Positions 1 through 13,700 of a DNA stretch of 64,000 nucleotides are shown piece after piece. The notes under the pieces were generated by a model. The model was not told the DNA's origin and did no database searches. It saw only the letters and a list, made by a program, of their open reading frames with translations. Position 1 is the first letter of the stretch; the number at the start of each line of letters is the position of its first letter. Location of the stretch: the NCBI RefSeq assembly GCF_006345805.1, contig NC_043023.1, forward strand, positions 5,146,001 to 5,210,000, given 5' to 3'. Position numbers and translations under genes: made by a program. This DNA is from Octopus sinensis (Eukaryota).

Positions 1-153
1 AGGCTCACAGTGGACTGCTTACCAACCCAAACTGCCAATCACTCACAATTCTTTGTTTTATAACAATGAGTCAGTCCACCTTTAGTCACTTGAGAGGTGG
101 TTGGAATCCTTCCACAACACACACACGCACATCATCATCATCATCATTGTCAT

Positions 154-328
<175 letters not shown>

Positions 329-642
329 CTTTATGCTTGTATTTGTTCTCTCCCCACCCACCGTTTGACAACCAGTGTTGGTTTGTTTACATCCCTGTAA
401 CTTGGCTGTTCAGTAAAAGAGACTGATTGAATAAGTATCAGATTTAGTCATTTGACTAAAAACTCTTTAAAGTGTTGCCCCAGCATGGCCACAGTTAATG
501 GCTGAAACAAGTAAAAGTTAAAAGATAGATGAAAAAAAAAAAGGTTTTGCAAGTGAGAAGCATCAACAGCCTCGACTGATTGTTGTGGTTTAGATATGAA
601 ATATAAGAAAGGGCACCTGTGCCATGTGCCATCCACACTTAC

Positions 643-745
643 TCATAATGGTTTATGTAGCAGAAGTATAGGAGTGTTAATATAAACTCCTTAGTACCGT
701 CCTCACTTGTCTGCACAAACTCCTGATAGATGTCTCGTAAACAAA
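643..745 (-). CDS. ESPL1: Coding exon, 103 nt, phase 1->2: (F)[33 protein letters not shown]
   Basis: Acceptor tatctttctacag, donor GTAAGT. Only one frame is open and it matches the upstream exon phase. Confidence 0.9.
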
Positions 746-1290
746 CTGTAGAAAGATAATAATAATAAGAAGAATTCAGAGGTGTAGCAGGTGATGCAGT
801 AGAAATTTGCTTGATGGAGCTTTGTATCTTTGCTAGAAACCAGTTCCTTCTTTAGAGGAAGGATTTAACCCTGTAGCATTTGATTACTCTGCCAAATATA
901 ATGCTTATTTATTCACACTGCTTTGAATTAATCATGTATTATCTCTTAGCTTCAAAATTTTCATGAGGGTACTTAAATTTTAGAATGATATTGTAGGATA
1001 GGTTTGAGGGGCCAGATCTGGCCAGTTTGAACAAAAAATAGGGAAAATATTTTGGCTGAATAGGGTTGGTTTAAATGTTAAAGGGTTAAATAATTAAAAA
1101 CAGAAGAGAACAGACATACATACATACATACATACATACATACACACATACATACATACATATATACATATATACATACATATACATACACACATACATA
1201 CACACACACATACATACATACATACATACACACATACATACATACACACATACATACATACATATATAAATACTTACATACACACATACA

Positions 1291-1323
<33 letters not shown>

Positions 1324-1348
1324 TCATACATACATACATACATATATT

Positions 1349-1380
<32 letters not shown>

Positions 1381-2031
1381 CATACATACAGTCATACATA
1401 CATACATACATACATTCATACATACATACATACATACATACATACATACACACATACATATATACACACATACACACATACATACATGTTCATACCTACA
1501 TGCACTCACACAATTACACATATACACACACGCACACTCATACAAACATACATAAACTCATCTAAGTATGCATGTACTTTTGCAGATATTTTATAGATTG
1601 GGTCAGGGCATTTGTCCCCTAGGAATAAAGAAAGAGACAGAAGTAAAAGAATGAAGAGATTTACTCACAGAAACAGTTGCGAAGCCCAGTTGAAATAACC
1701 TCCATCAAAGATATTCTATAATAGTGTTGGAAAAGGCATTGGAATAATTTGTCATAAAAAAGACATATCAGGTCTGCAAGAGTTTTGTTGTAACTGCAAG
1801 AAATAGAGAGAGAGAAATAAAGATTGAATATATAGGCACAGGTGTGGCTCATAGGCACAGGTGTGGTTTATAGGTGCAGTCATGGGTGTGTGGTAAGAAG
1901 TTTGCTTCCCAACCACATAGTTTTAGGTTCAATTCCACTGCATGGCACCTTTGGCAAGTGTCTCCTACTATAGTTTGGAACAGATTTTGAAAAATTATAA
2001 TTGTTATGCCCAAGTACAATCAAATATATAT

Positions 2032-2072
<41 letters not shown>

Positions 2073-3872
2073 GCAGGAATTCCATATGGTGTACCCAAGA
2101 GGTGCAGTGGAATAATAAGAAGGTTAGCAGAGAAAGTAGTGTTTGTATGTGGAAGATGCACAGGATCCACAAAAGCTACAAATACTCGGGAAATTGATTT
2201 TCTCAAATGCTCCAGAGGCTCTTTAGAGGTATAGTAGATAATTTCTGTTACCTAGGAGACCAAATTAGTAGTTAGAGAAGATGTATGGAAAGTGTAATAG
2301 CTAGAATAAGAATACGACGGAAGAAATGTAGAGAGCTTTTATCCCTGTTGACAATCAAAGGTCCTTCTCTCTGAGTGAAAGGAAGATTCTATGAAGCATG
2401 TATACGAACAGAAATTCTACATGGTAGTGTACTGGATGTAATGCGTTAACATATAAGGTTAATTGAAGGAAAAGCTTGTAACATCACATGAACTTATTTT
2501 GCAACCACATGTCTCAAAGCAAAATAAGGCGAACATACTCGCATGCGGGTGTGTATGTGAGTGACCTGACTCAATGCATGTCTAGGAACGAAATTAGAAT
2601 GTGTTCCTTTATATAAGGGAAGTCCCTGACTTCCACGTCATCCGGAAGTAAATTGGAAGCTTCTAGAATATTCGAGAAGGTTGAGGGAGATTACTCTTGT
2701 TAGATCCCTTTTTCATTTTGCTTTCCTGCTTGACCAGCAGGGATCACTGCAAACAGATATGAAGAGCAGATAAAAAGGCTTTTTGTTTGGAAGGGCTTGA
2801 AGTGTGATGTGACAGGAAGTATAATGAAATGGTTACAACAGAGAATAGTAATTGTTGGGAACAGGCAGAAGGGCTGAAATTGGTGAGGTACATCGACTCT
2901 GGTACTTGGCATGCTGTAGTGAAGGAGAGGAAGAAGGAAGAGGAGGAGGTGAAGATATGAAAAGGTTGAAGTGGAAGGGGAGAAGAGGAAAAAGAAGGAG
3001 AAGAACAAGGAAGAAGAACAGTGAAGAAACAGAAGACAAAGAAGATGACAATGATGATGACGACAACAACAACAGCAACAGAAAGCCACTTACCTGAACT
3101 TATATTTCAACTGAAGCATCATCATAAGGAAACCGGAAGCTGACAGTTTCATAGACTGAGGTGTCATGTTGACATGCTCAAACTTGTAGAGGATGTTGAG
3201 GTAGGAAAAGACCTTTTGGTAGAGTTCATGGTTCAGACAATTCTCTCCGATTGCCTGGATCGGAAGCAGAATTAAACATTATATTAAATCCTGTTTATAA
3301 GGACATTTTTTCTGACAGACACTTAAAAAGAAAAATGTGTTAGTACATCTCAAGCAACATGGGTTGTATATAGAATAGGATAATGTCCGTATGGTCAATT
3401 GCCATTTGTAGGAGAGGCTATGAAAGGCAATGAAAAATTATGTGATAAGTATAAGGTGCAGGAGCGGCTGTGTGGTGAGAAGCTTGCTTCCCAATCACAT
3501 GGTTGGGAGTTCAGTCCCACTGCATGGCACCTAGGACAAATGTTTTCTACAATAGCCTTGGGCTGACCAGAAGCCTTGTGAGAGGATTTGGTAGACAGAA
3601 ACTGAAAGATGCTGGCACAAACGTTAGCGCGCCAGGCGAAATGCTTAATGGTATTTCGTCTGCTGTTACGTTCTGAGTTCAAATTCCACCAAAGTCGACT
3701 TTGCCTTTCATCCTTTTGGAGTTGATAAACAAAGTACCAGTTATGTACTGGGGTCGATGTAATCGACTTAATCCCTTTGTCTGTCCTTGGTTGTCCCCTC
3801 TATGTTTAGCCCCTTGTGGGCAATAAAGAAATAAAGAAACTGAAACAGCAATAAAGAAACTGAAAGAAGCTT

Positions 3873-3916
<44 letters not shown>

Positions 3917-6900
3917 TGTATACAAGTAAATGTCGAATGATGAAAATGAGCGCTCAACATTGCATTGGTGGATAGAATTTCTTTATCTGTGTATTAAGGC
4001 TGTCATTAGTTTCATGTTAAGAAAATATCTTCATATCTTAACAATTTTTCAATCACATGGAAGAATGATGTTTGTCTCCATTTTGGATAAAAACATGTGT
4101 GTGTGTGTGTGTGTGTCTTTGTGTCTGTGTTTGACCTTACTATTGCTTGACGACTGGTGCTGTTGTGTTTACATTTCCATAACTTAGCAGTTTGACAAAA
4201 GAGACCAATGAAATAAGTACCAGACTTTAAAAAAAAATAAAGCACTAGTGCTGATTCATTCAACCAAATCTCCTCAAGGTGGTGCCCCAGCATGGCCACA
4301 GTCTAATGAGTGAAACACGTAAAAGATAAAGACACTGTAACAGAAAAACCTATGATAACAAATTAAACTTTCTTTTACTTTATTGCAAAGTCTTCCATGT
4401 CTTTCATAGCCTTTTCCTACAAGAAAAAAAAAGGCATTTAACTACACAGACATTATTCTATACAGAGAAGGAAATATTAGCGACATAGATTAGAGGTGAT
4501 TATGTTATTAACTGCTAGAAACAATAGTTAAATCTTTGTCCCACCACATCCTTATGTATCTTTGAAAGGACACATTAGATAATCGTTTCTACTATAGGTA
4601 CAAGGCCTGAAATTTGAGGAGAGAGGGTTAGTTGATTACATCGACCCAGTACATAACTGGTACTTATTTCATCGACCCCAAAAGGATGAAAGGCAAAATT
4701 GGCCTCGGCGGAATTTGAACTCAGATAATGTTATCCTAGATACATTGTGTCTAAATAAAATATAGGAAAGCCACAACTGGAACACCTTTGATCATAGGTC
4801 TGCTGAATCAGAACTGACCGGGAGCTAAACAATGACAATGACAATAACCACTAACTATATTATACATTAGATATTGTAGTCCTTTTAAGTAATAACAAGT
4901 AAACAATATCCCGAGGTTTCGCTGGATGAAGCAGTGTCACTGTGCGAGCCACCGAGTGAGCAAGTGGAGACCTCTCCCAGTGGGAGGGATGAATTTGTGT
5001 TCTTCTATTTCAGGGGTGGGGCGATTGATGACTTTGTAGAAAATACCCTAGCAAGTCAGGAATCAAGGGAACCTACTTGTATTGACAGTCCAGGGTGACC
5101 TCCACAGGTGGATGCTCTGGTACTCGAAAGAAGGGAATTTTTCTACTTAACATACTCCTTTTCAAGGGAGGACTATAGATTTCTCCATGTGGGCCCTGAT
5201 TTGCTGGTGCGGGATTGCTTGAAGACCGCAAGAGAGTTAAATGGGGATGGTGAAAGAGAGAATTAGTATAAGAGGTTTATTGTCTCAAGTATAAGTTTTA
5301 ATTTGTAATGGACTTTTTAGCCCAAATAAATGGTATGTGTTGGAAAATTGTAAGAGGTTTAATACCTCAATGTATGTTTATGAAAGAACAATGTTATAGA
5401 GAAGCAGAGGGTCGGTGGGCGCTTTCTGTCTTCTCCCATCCTCATCATCCTTGCATCATTATCATTCATTTTATTAATGTCTTGTCCAGCCTGCAAAGCT
5501 ACCTTACCCTTTGTACTGTCTTTATGACAAATTTAATTAAATAAAGTAACAAGTAAACAATATTGCAGGCAGTGAGGTGGCAGAATCGGTAGCATGCTGG
5601 GCATAATGCTTAGCACCACCTTGTCCTGAGTTCAAATTCTGCCAAGGTCAATTTAAGGTGTCGAATTGACAGAACCATTAGCACACCAAGCCAAATGTTT
5701 AGTGGCATTTCATCCATCTACGTTATGAGTTCAAATTCCACAGAAGTTGACTTAGCTTTTCATCCTTTCAGGTTTGATTAAATAAGTACCAGTTAAATAC
5801 TGGGCTGACATACTGGACTAACCCCTTCCCCTGAAATTACTGGCATTGTGCCAAAATCTGAAACCAATATTGTATATTTCAAGAAGTTAGTAGAATTAAA
5901 ACACTACCACATGGTAAGAACTGTTATCCAATAAGAGACATGAGGACCAAACATTGGTTTACCATAATCAGTGGAAGACTACAAGTATCGGTTATTTCTA
6001 ACAATAGTTTGGCAAACTTTTCCACTGGCTTAACACAACTCTCTGAGGTTTCTTTCAACATTGGTGCTCTGTAATTGGTTTCACAAGTCCTTGGATCCTT
6101 CTCACACGCTACACAAAAACTGCAAGAAGAAAACACAAAAGCACAACAAAGAGAAGAAAACACAAACACAGCAACAAAACCATAAAAAAAAACAACAAAC
6201 ATAATGAAACACTCAAATAGAAAGTAGTTAATTTCACTGTGATAAACAAAAGCAAGGAATTACAAAGGTAAGAAGCTTGCTTCCCGACAATATGGTTCTA
6301 AGTTCAATCTCACAGTGTGGTACCTTGGGCAAGTGTCTTCTACTATAGTCTCAGGCAGATTAAAACCTTGTGAATGAATTTGGTAAATGGAAACGGAAAC
6401 AGGCCTGTTATGTATATATATATATATGTGTGTGTGTGTGTGAATTGCAGCTGAGTGAATTGGAGCAAAGTGAAGTGAAGTGCTTTGCTCAAAAACATAA
6501 CGCATCGTCTAGTCTAGGAACTGAAACCACAATCTTACAATTGTGAGTCCAACACCCTAACCACTAAGCCACACTAATTTTATAATGCCACACAAAATTT
6601 AGTTATAAAATAAACCAAAGTTAATATGACCAAAGACATAAATAGAATGAGGAGTACCTGCAAGCTTGTTCCAGGAGTAAATGGAATACTGTAATGATCT
6701 GGCTGTATTTCTCTTCAACAGCTTGCTTACTTGGTTTACGTCCTTGCAACAAGGGTTTACAGAGAGAGTAAACGTGGTAAGCAAGAGCCTTACACAGATC
6801 CTTCAGGAGTTCAAATGGTACAGGGAGTAACAAGTGTTCTTTCCTGGTTTGTAATATAGAAAGGGGGTACATATTAATAAACATTTACAGATAGGCACAG

Positions 6901-9900
6901 GAGTGGCTGTGTAGTAAGTAGCTTGCTTACCAACAACATGGTTCCAGGTTCAGTCCCACTGCGTGGAACCTTGGGCAAGTGTCTTCTACTATAACCTTGG
7001 GCCGACCAAAGCCTTGTGAATGGATTTGGTAGATGGAAACTGGAAGAAGCTCGTCGTATATATGTGTGTGTGTGTGTGTGTTTGTCCCCCCAACATCGCT
7101 TGACAACCGATGCTGGTGTGTTTATGTCCCCGTAACTTAGCGGTTTGGCAAAAGAGACCAATAGAATAAGTACTAGGCTTACAAAGAATAAGTCCTGGGG
7201 TCGATTTGCTCAACTAAAAGCAGTGCTCCAGCATGGCTGCAGTCAAATGACTGAAACAAGTAAAAGAGAAAAAGTGAAATTATGTACACATTTTATATTA
7301 GTCAGGCTGGTCTCCTTATCTTGATTGTGGCTTTCAGTATGCGTCGGCTGTTGTATGCTCCAGTCCTCTTCAGGTGTCTTGTGTTGAACTCAGTTGCTCT
7401 ATTGGAATTCTGAAGCTAACTCCACAGGGGTACACTGTTCCCATTCCCCTCTCTGTGTTCCACGATATTTCTTACTTCAGTTGACTTTTTTTGTAAATTA
7501 CCTAAGTACCTAGCTTGGATTTGAACTCAGAACCTCTAGGTGGCTGCACTGCATTAACCATCAGCTATACCTACTATGCTATACATAGCAGATAAGCAAA
7601 AAAATGTCACAGAATGTCGAGAACCTTTGTGTAACTACACAGAATATCAGTCCACAGTCAGTCCACCTTCACATATCCATATATATTTACAAGTGCCAGA
7701 GTCATGCAAAAAGCACCCTGGCTGGTGTTACATAGAAAGCACACATGCAAGCACCATGTCAAACAAACCCAAGATGGTGTTATATAAAAAGCACCCATGC
7801 CAATACTATGTAGAAAAGGTATTCCAGTGCCATGTAAAAAGCACCCATGCCACTGTCACATGAAAAGCACTCGTGTTGGTGTCACATAAAGAGCACTCTT
7901 TCTGGTGTCACATGAAAGGCGAATGAATTTGGTACCTGTAATTGAAAGGGCCAGCCTTGTCCCATTCTGAATTACACTGAATCTTACTAAGAACTATGTT
8001 AAGGGTATGTCTGTCTGTAGAAAACTCAGTCACTTGCATGTCAATCTCATGAGCAGGTTGTTCTATTGACTGGAGCAACTGGAGTGCTCATCCATGAAAC
8101 TGATGATGTTCCAGTATATCCGAATAAAGAGAGAACAATCACAGCTGGGACATTTTTCATCATAGGTCTGCTGGATCAGGACTGACCTAGGGCTAAACAA
8201 CAACAGACAACCATAGCCACTAATACTATTTAGTATATCATACATCAGATATGACTCAAGCCTGAGGACTCTGTCCCCATGGCTCCCTCAGAGACCATGG
8301 GAACAGAATCCACAGGCTTCAGACATAGTGGATCTTTCATTAACTGATTACACAACCATGGATGCTGCCCCTATGGATGCATGGCAGTTGCTCTCTTGAT
8401 AGAGCTTGGTGATCCTGACCATTGATCTTCTAGGATTCCTCCACTCAGGCATCAATATAAGAAGCACTGTTGGCACACATCCTGATGCCATGTAAAGAGG
8501 GCACTTGATGATACTAAGGCGGCGAGCTGGCAGAGTCGTTAGCACGCCGGGCGAAATGCTTAGCGGTATTTCGTCTGTCGTTACGTTCTGAGTTCAAATT
8601 CTGCCGAGGTTGACTTTGCCTTTCATCCTTTCGGGGTCGATAAATTAAGTACCAGTTACGCACTGGGGTCGATAAATTAAGTACCAGTTATGCACTGGGG
8701 TCGATAAATTAAGTACTAGTTACGTACTGGGGTCGATGTAATCCACTTAATACCTATGTCTGTCCTTGTTTGTCCCCTTTGTGTTTAGCCCCTTGTGGGT
8801 AGTAAAGAAATAGGTACCATGCTAGTATCACATAAAGAGCACTTGAGCTGGTGGCACATGAAATGCACTTGTGCTGGTTCCACATAAAAAGTACCCATAC
8901 AAAAAAGTACCCATGCCACACAAAAAAACACCCAGTACATTCAGTAAAGCAGTTGGCATTAGGAAGGGCATCATGCTGTAGAAGCTCTGCCAATTAGGAC
9001 AACTGGAGCCTGGTGGAGCTCACCAGCTTACCAACTCCAGTCAAACTGTGTAACCCATGCCAGCATGGAAAGTGAACGTAAAATGATGATGATGATGAGA
9101 AGACATAAACACAAATACTCCAACCAAACTGTCTAATCACCCTCATATATAGATATACGTTTAAAAGGTATATCAACACATAATAAGTGGAGGCGCAATG
9201 GCCCAGTGGTTAGGGAAGTGGACTCGCGGTCATAGGATCGTGGTTTCGATTCCCAGACCGAGCGTTGCTAGTGTTTATTGAGCGAAAACACCTAAAGCTC
9301 CACGAGGCTCCGGCAGGGGATGGTGGTGATCCCTGCTGTACTCTTTCACCACAACTTTCTCTCACTCTTTCTTCCTGTTTCTGTTGTACCTTGTACTTCA
9401 AAGGGCCGGCTTTGTCACTCTCTGTGTCACGCTGAATATCCCCGAGAACTGCGTTAAGGGTACACATGTCTGTGGAGTGCTCAGCCACTTACACGTTAAT
9501 TTCACGAGCAGGCTGTTCCGTTGATTCGGATCAACTGGAACCCTCGTCGTCGTAACCGACGGAGTGCTTCCATCCAACACATAATACCACCAGTCACCAC
9601 CCAATTGACTCTCCCTAACATCTATATATTTCCAGGGTTTATCAACACTGCCAGTCCTCAGCCAATCCTTTTTCACATGTAGCTAAAACCAACTTACTTA
9701 AACATGTAGGCTGCAGCCTCCAGTGTAACCACCAATACATCTCTGTTGTGGTAATCCATCATTTTGGACAAAACACCAAGGCATAACTTGACACTGTTGA
9801 CATTGTTGAATAGTGTTATATTGTCAGGTTGTCTGAAAGAGAAATACATAGAATTACTGTATGTATGTATGTATGTATATGTATGTGTATACATACATAC

Positions 9901-10678
9901 ATACATACATACATACACACACACACATACATACACACATACATACATACACACATACATACATACACACACACACATACATACATACGTACGTACATAC
10001 ATACATACATACATACATACATACATACATACATACATACATACATACATGCTGCTGAGACCCCATCTTCAGTCATAACTGACCGTGGGATTGCACCTAG
10101 AAAGTTAGGCTCCCAGGCACAAGTCTGGGCAAGGTTATTTGTGGAAGGCTAGCAGTCACCTATGCATAACGTCCTCCCCTCTCCACACCACTGATGTTAT
10201 CCAAGGGAAAGGCAAAGGCCAATACAGCTTGGCACCTGTGACATCGCAACTCATTTCTACAGCTGAGTGAACTGGAGCAATGTGAAATAAAGTGTCTTGC
10301 TCGAGAACACAACACGCAGCCTGGTCTGGGATTCGAACTCACAACCTCACAATCGTAAGGTCGACGCTCTAACTACTGAAATATGCGCCTTCACAACATA
10401 CATATATACATACATACATATATTGTCAGTGGATCATATACCTGAAAAAGAAGCACTCAAAATGTTAGAGCAATAAATGTATTTATAGGAAGTTAATTGC
10501 TGCTCATAGAGTGGCCAATGATTTCACATCCATAAATCACTTAGCCTTATAGATGGCTTATCGGACTCTAATGCCTGCAGCCATAGGAGTCTGATGAGCC
10601 ATTTAATAAGACTAAGTGATTTATGGATGTAAAACCATTGGCCACTCTATGACTGGCAATATAATTAACCTCCTATAA

Positions 10679-10710
<32 letters not shown>

Positions 10711-13700
10711 TAATTGGTGAGCTGGCAGAATCATTAGTGTGTTGGACAAAATGCTTAGTGGTATTTCTTTTGGCTCCTTACATTTGGTTCTGGGTTCAGT
10801 CCCACTGCATGACACCTTGTGAAAGTGTCTTCTACTATAACCTTAGGCCAACATTATATATTTCTCCCTAACACACTACTATATATTAATGCTAAGTATC
10901 TGGACTGTTGCCATAGTAACGAAGTTAAAGCACACAGACTGAAGCTGCTGGGCAAAGATTGACCTTGTACACTGCTGTACATGTGCACTAAATTTTAACA
11001 TTCTAACTCACTTCTGCTGTTTACAGCAGTACTTGGAAGGAAGGTGTGTAGTGTGTGATCATCACATTGACTGTGACAGAGAAAGTTGTCATGGTGATAC
11101 CTGCTCAGAGGCCTATGCAAAGTTGCAGAAAGGGTATGGAGAGGAGTGCATGAGCTGCACACAAGTGTACGAGTAGTTCAGACGTTTCCAAGAGGGCCAA
11201 AAATATGTTGATATTGATGAACGTCCTGAGGGACCTGCAACCAACAGAACTGAGGGATACATCACAGATGTGTGGGCAGCTGTGAGAGAAAACTGTCAAA
11301 TCACCACCCATGAGTTATCAGGGAATGTGCAGATTATTTATAGTACAGTACAGTCCATTATCATTGAAGATCTGGGTATGAGACACATGTTCGCCAAGTT
11401 TGTATCAAAACTGCTTTCAGCTGACCAAAAAGACACTTGGGTCTCAGTTGCACAAGATCTTGATTGTGTCGAGAATGATGAAAACTTTTTGAAAACTTTG
11501 TGTAGGCCTCTGAGCAGGGATCACCAAGCTTTTGGAAAACTTTGATGCAGATTCTCTGCTCAACTTTCTCTGTCATGGTCAATGCAATGATTAAATGTTA
11601 CACATGTTCCTTCCAAGCACAGCTGTAAACAGCAGAAGTGATCAAGAACATTAACACTTAGTGTGCATGCACATCAGAGTTCAAGGTCAATCTGTACCAA
11701 GCAGCTTCACTCAGCATGCTTTAGCTGCGTTACTATAGTAACAGTTTGGGTAGTTATTGATCAGACCATGTATATTACTACCCAACACAGTGATGTCTAT
11801 GTGTAACTTTATACATTATTATCCACCCCATGTATTAATGTTTTGTCTATCTGTAAAATTGGTGAAGGCATATGGCTTAGTGGTAAGGGTAATCGGCTCA
11901 TGATTGTAATATTGTGAGTTCAATTCCCGGATATGTTGCGTCCTTGAGCAAGGCACTTTATTTCACATTGCTCCAGTTCACTCAGCTGGCAAAAATGAGT
12001 AATCCCTGTATTTCAAAGGGCCAGCCTTGTCATTCTGTGTCAAGCTGAATCTCCATGAGAACTACATTAAGGGTACACATGTCTGTGGAGTGCTCAGCCA
12101 CTTGCACGTTAATTTCATGAGCTGTTCTGTTGATTGGATCAACTGGAACCCTCATTATCGTAACTGATGGAGTGATCTTGTGAAATTACATCACCCCCTG
12201 CCAGATCAGCCTACCAAGGTCTTACTCTCAATTAATGCAGCTGCAGCAGTCTGGAAGGGGCCCTGTCACAGGCTCCATACCAGGTGGTTGGACATGATTG
12301 AGTGAGATCTCCAGAGGCTTAACATCATCTTGTACGATGCAGAGGGGCTGGGACGGGATTGTTAATGATGGGGAGCACTGGTCAACCAGGTCAGCTCTAC
12401 ACATAATGACTTCTCTGTGACCACCAGCCTGGGATGACCCCAGCCTTATAACACAAGAGCATGAAGCAAGGATCCTGGTGACAGCTCGAAAAAGCAAATT
12501 AATTATATCTCCATCAATGAAAGATTTAAAAGATCAGTGAAACACGCAAAAACATATCCAGGAACAGACTGTAGGAGTGACCATGTTTTTGGAAGCACTC
12601 CGTCGGTTCCGACGATGAGGGTTCCGGTTGATCCGAATCAACGGAACAGCCTGCTCGTGAAATTAACGTGTAAGTGGCTGAGCACTCCACAGACACGTGC
12701 ACCCTTAACGTAGTTCTCGGGGATATTCAGCGTGACACAGAGAGTGACAAGGCCGGCCCCTTGAAATACAGGTACAACAGAAACAGGAAGTAAGAGTGAG
12801 AGAAAGTTGTGGTGAAAGAGTACAGCAGGGATCACCACCATCCCCTGCCGGAGCCTCGTGGAGCTTTTAGGTGTTTTCGCTCAATAAACACTCACAACGC
12901 CCGGTCTGGGAATCGAAACCGCGATCCTATGACCGCGAGTCCGCTGCCCTAACCACTGGGCCATTGCGCCTCCAGGAGTGACTATGTACCAATGGTTTGA
13001 ACACTCCAGTGTAAATTAAAGAAGCTGAAGAGAACAAGAACTACAGAAAAACTACAGCACAACACCACACATTTTTATGTTTACTTGTAATATATTACTC
13101 ACCAACACAAAACATCACCATGTCATAGTATGTCATATGAAGGCAATGAGCTAGCAAAAACGTTAGTATGCCAGGCGAAATGCTTAGCAGTGTTTCGTCT
13201 GCCGTTACATTATGAGTTCAAATTCTGCTGAGGTCGACTTTGCCTTTCATCCTTTCAGGGTCGATAAATTTAGTACCAGTTACGCACTGGGGTCACTGTA
13301 ATCGACTTAATCCCTTTGTCTGTCCTTGTTTGTCCCCTCTATGTTTAGCCCCTTGTGTGCAATAAAGAAATAACAAAACAACATATTGATATTATGTCTA
13401 TCTCTTTAAGGTGGCAAGTTAGCAGACTCTTTAGCAAACTGGACAAAATGCTGAGTGACATTTCATCTGTCTCCACGTTCTGAGTTCAAGTCCCACCAAG
13501 GTCAACTTTGCTTTTCATCCTTTTGGAGTTGATAAAAAAAAAAAAAATACCAGTTGAACACTGGAGTTAATGTAATAAACCTACATCCTCTTTTTTATGT
13601 GACACCAGCACACAGGTGCTTTTTTTATGTGACACCAGCACACAGGTGCTTTTTTTATGTGACACCAGCACACAGGTGCTTTTTTTATGTGACACCAGCA

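Noticed and set aside
2852-3097. Acidic/basic + strand ORF
   Set aside because: Low-complexity GAA/GAT tract in the intron next to a minus-strand donor; no splice or homology support.
10410-10455. Minus-strand ttctttttcag|GTATAT, a possible recursive splice site or small exon
   Set aside because: The donor is weak and the phase needed for an exon hits a stop; such AG|GT strings arise by chance.
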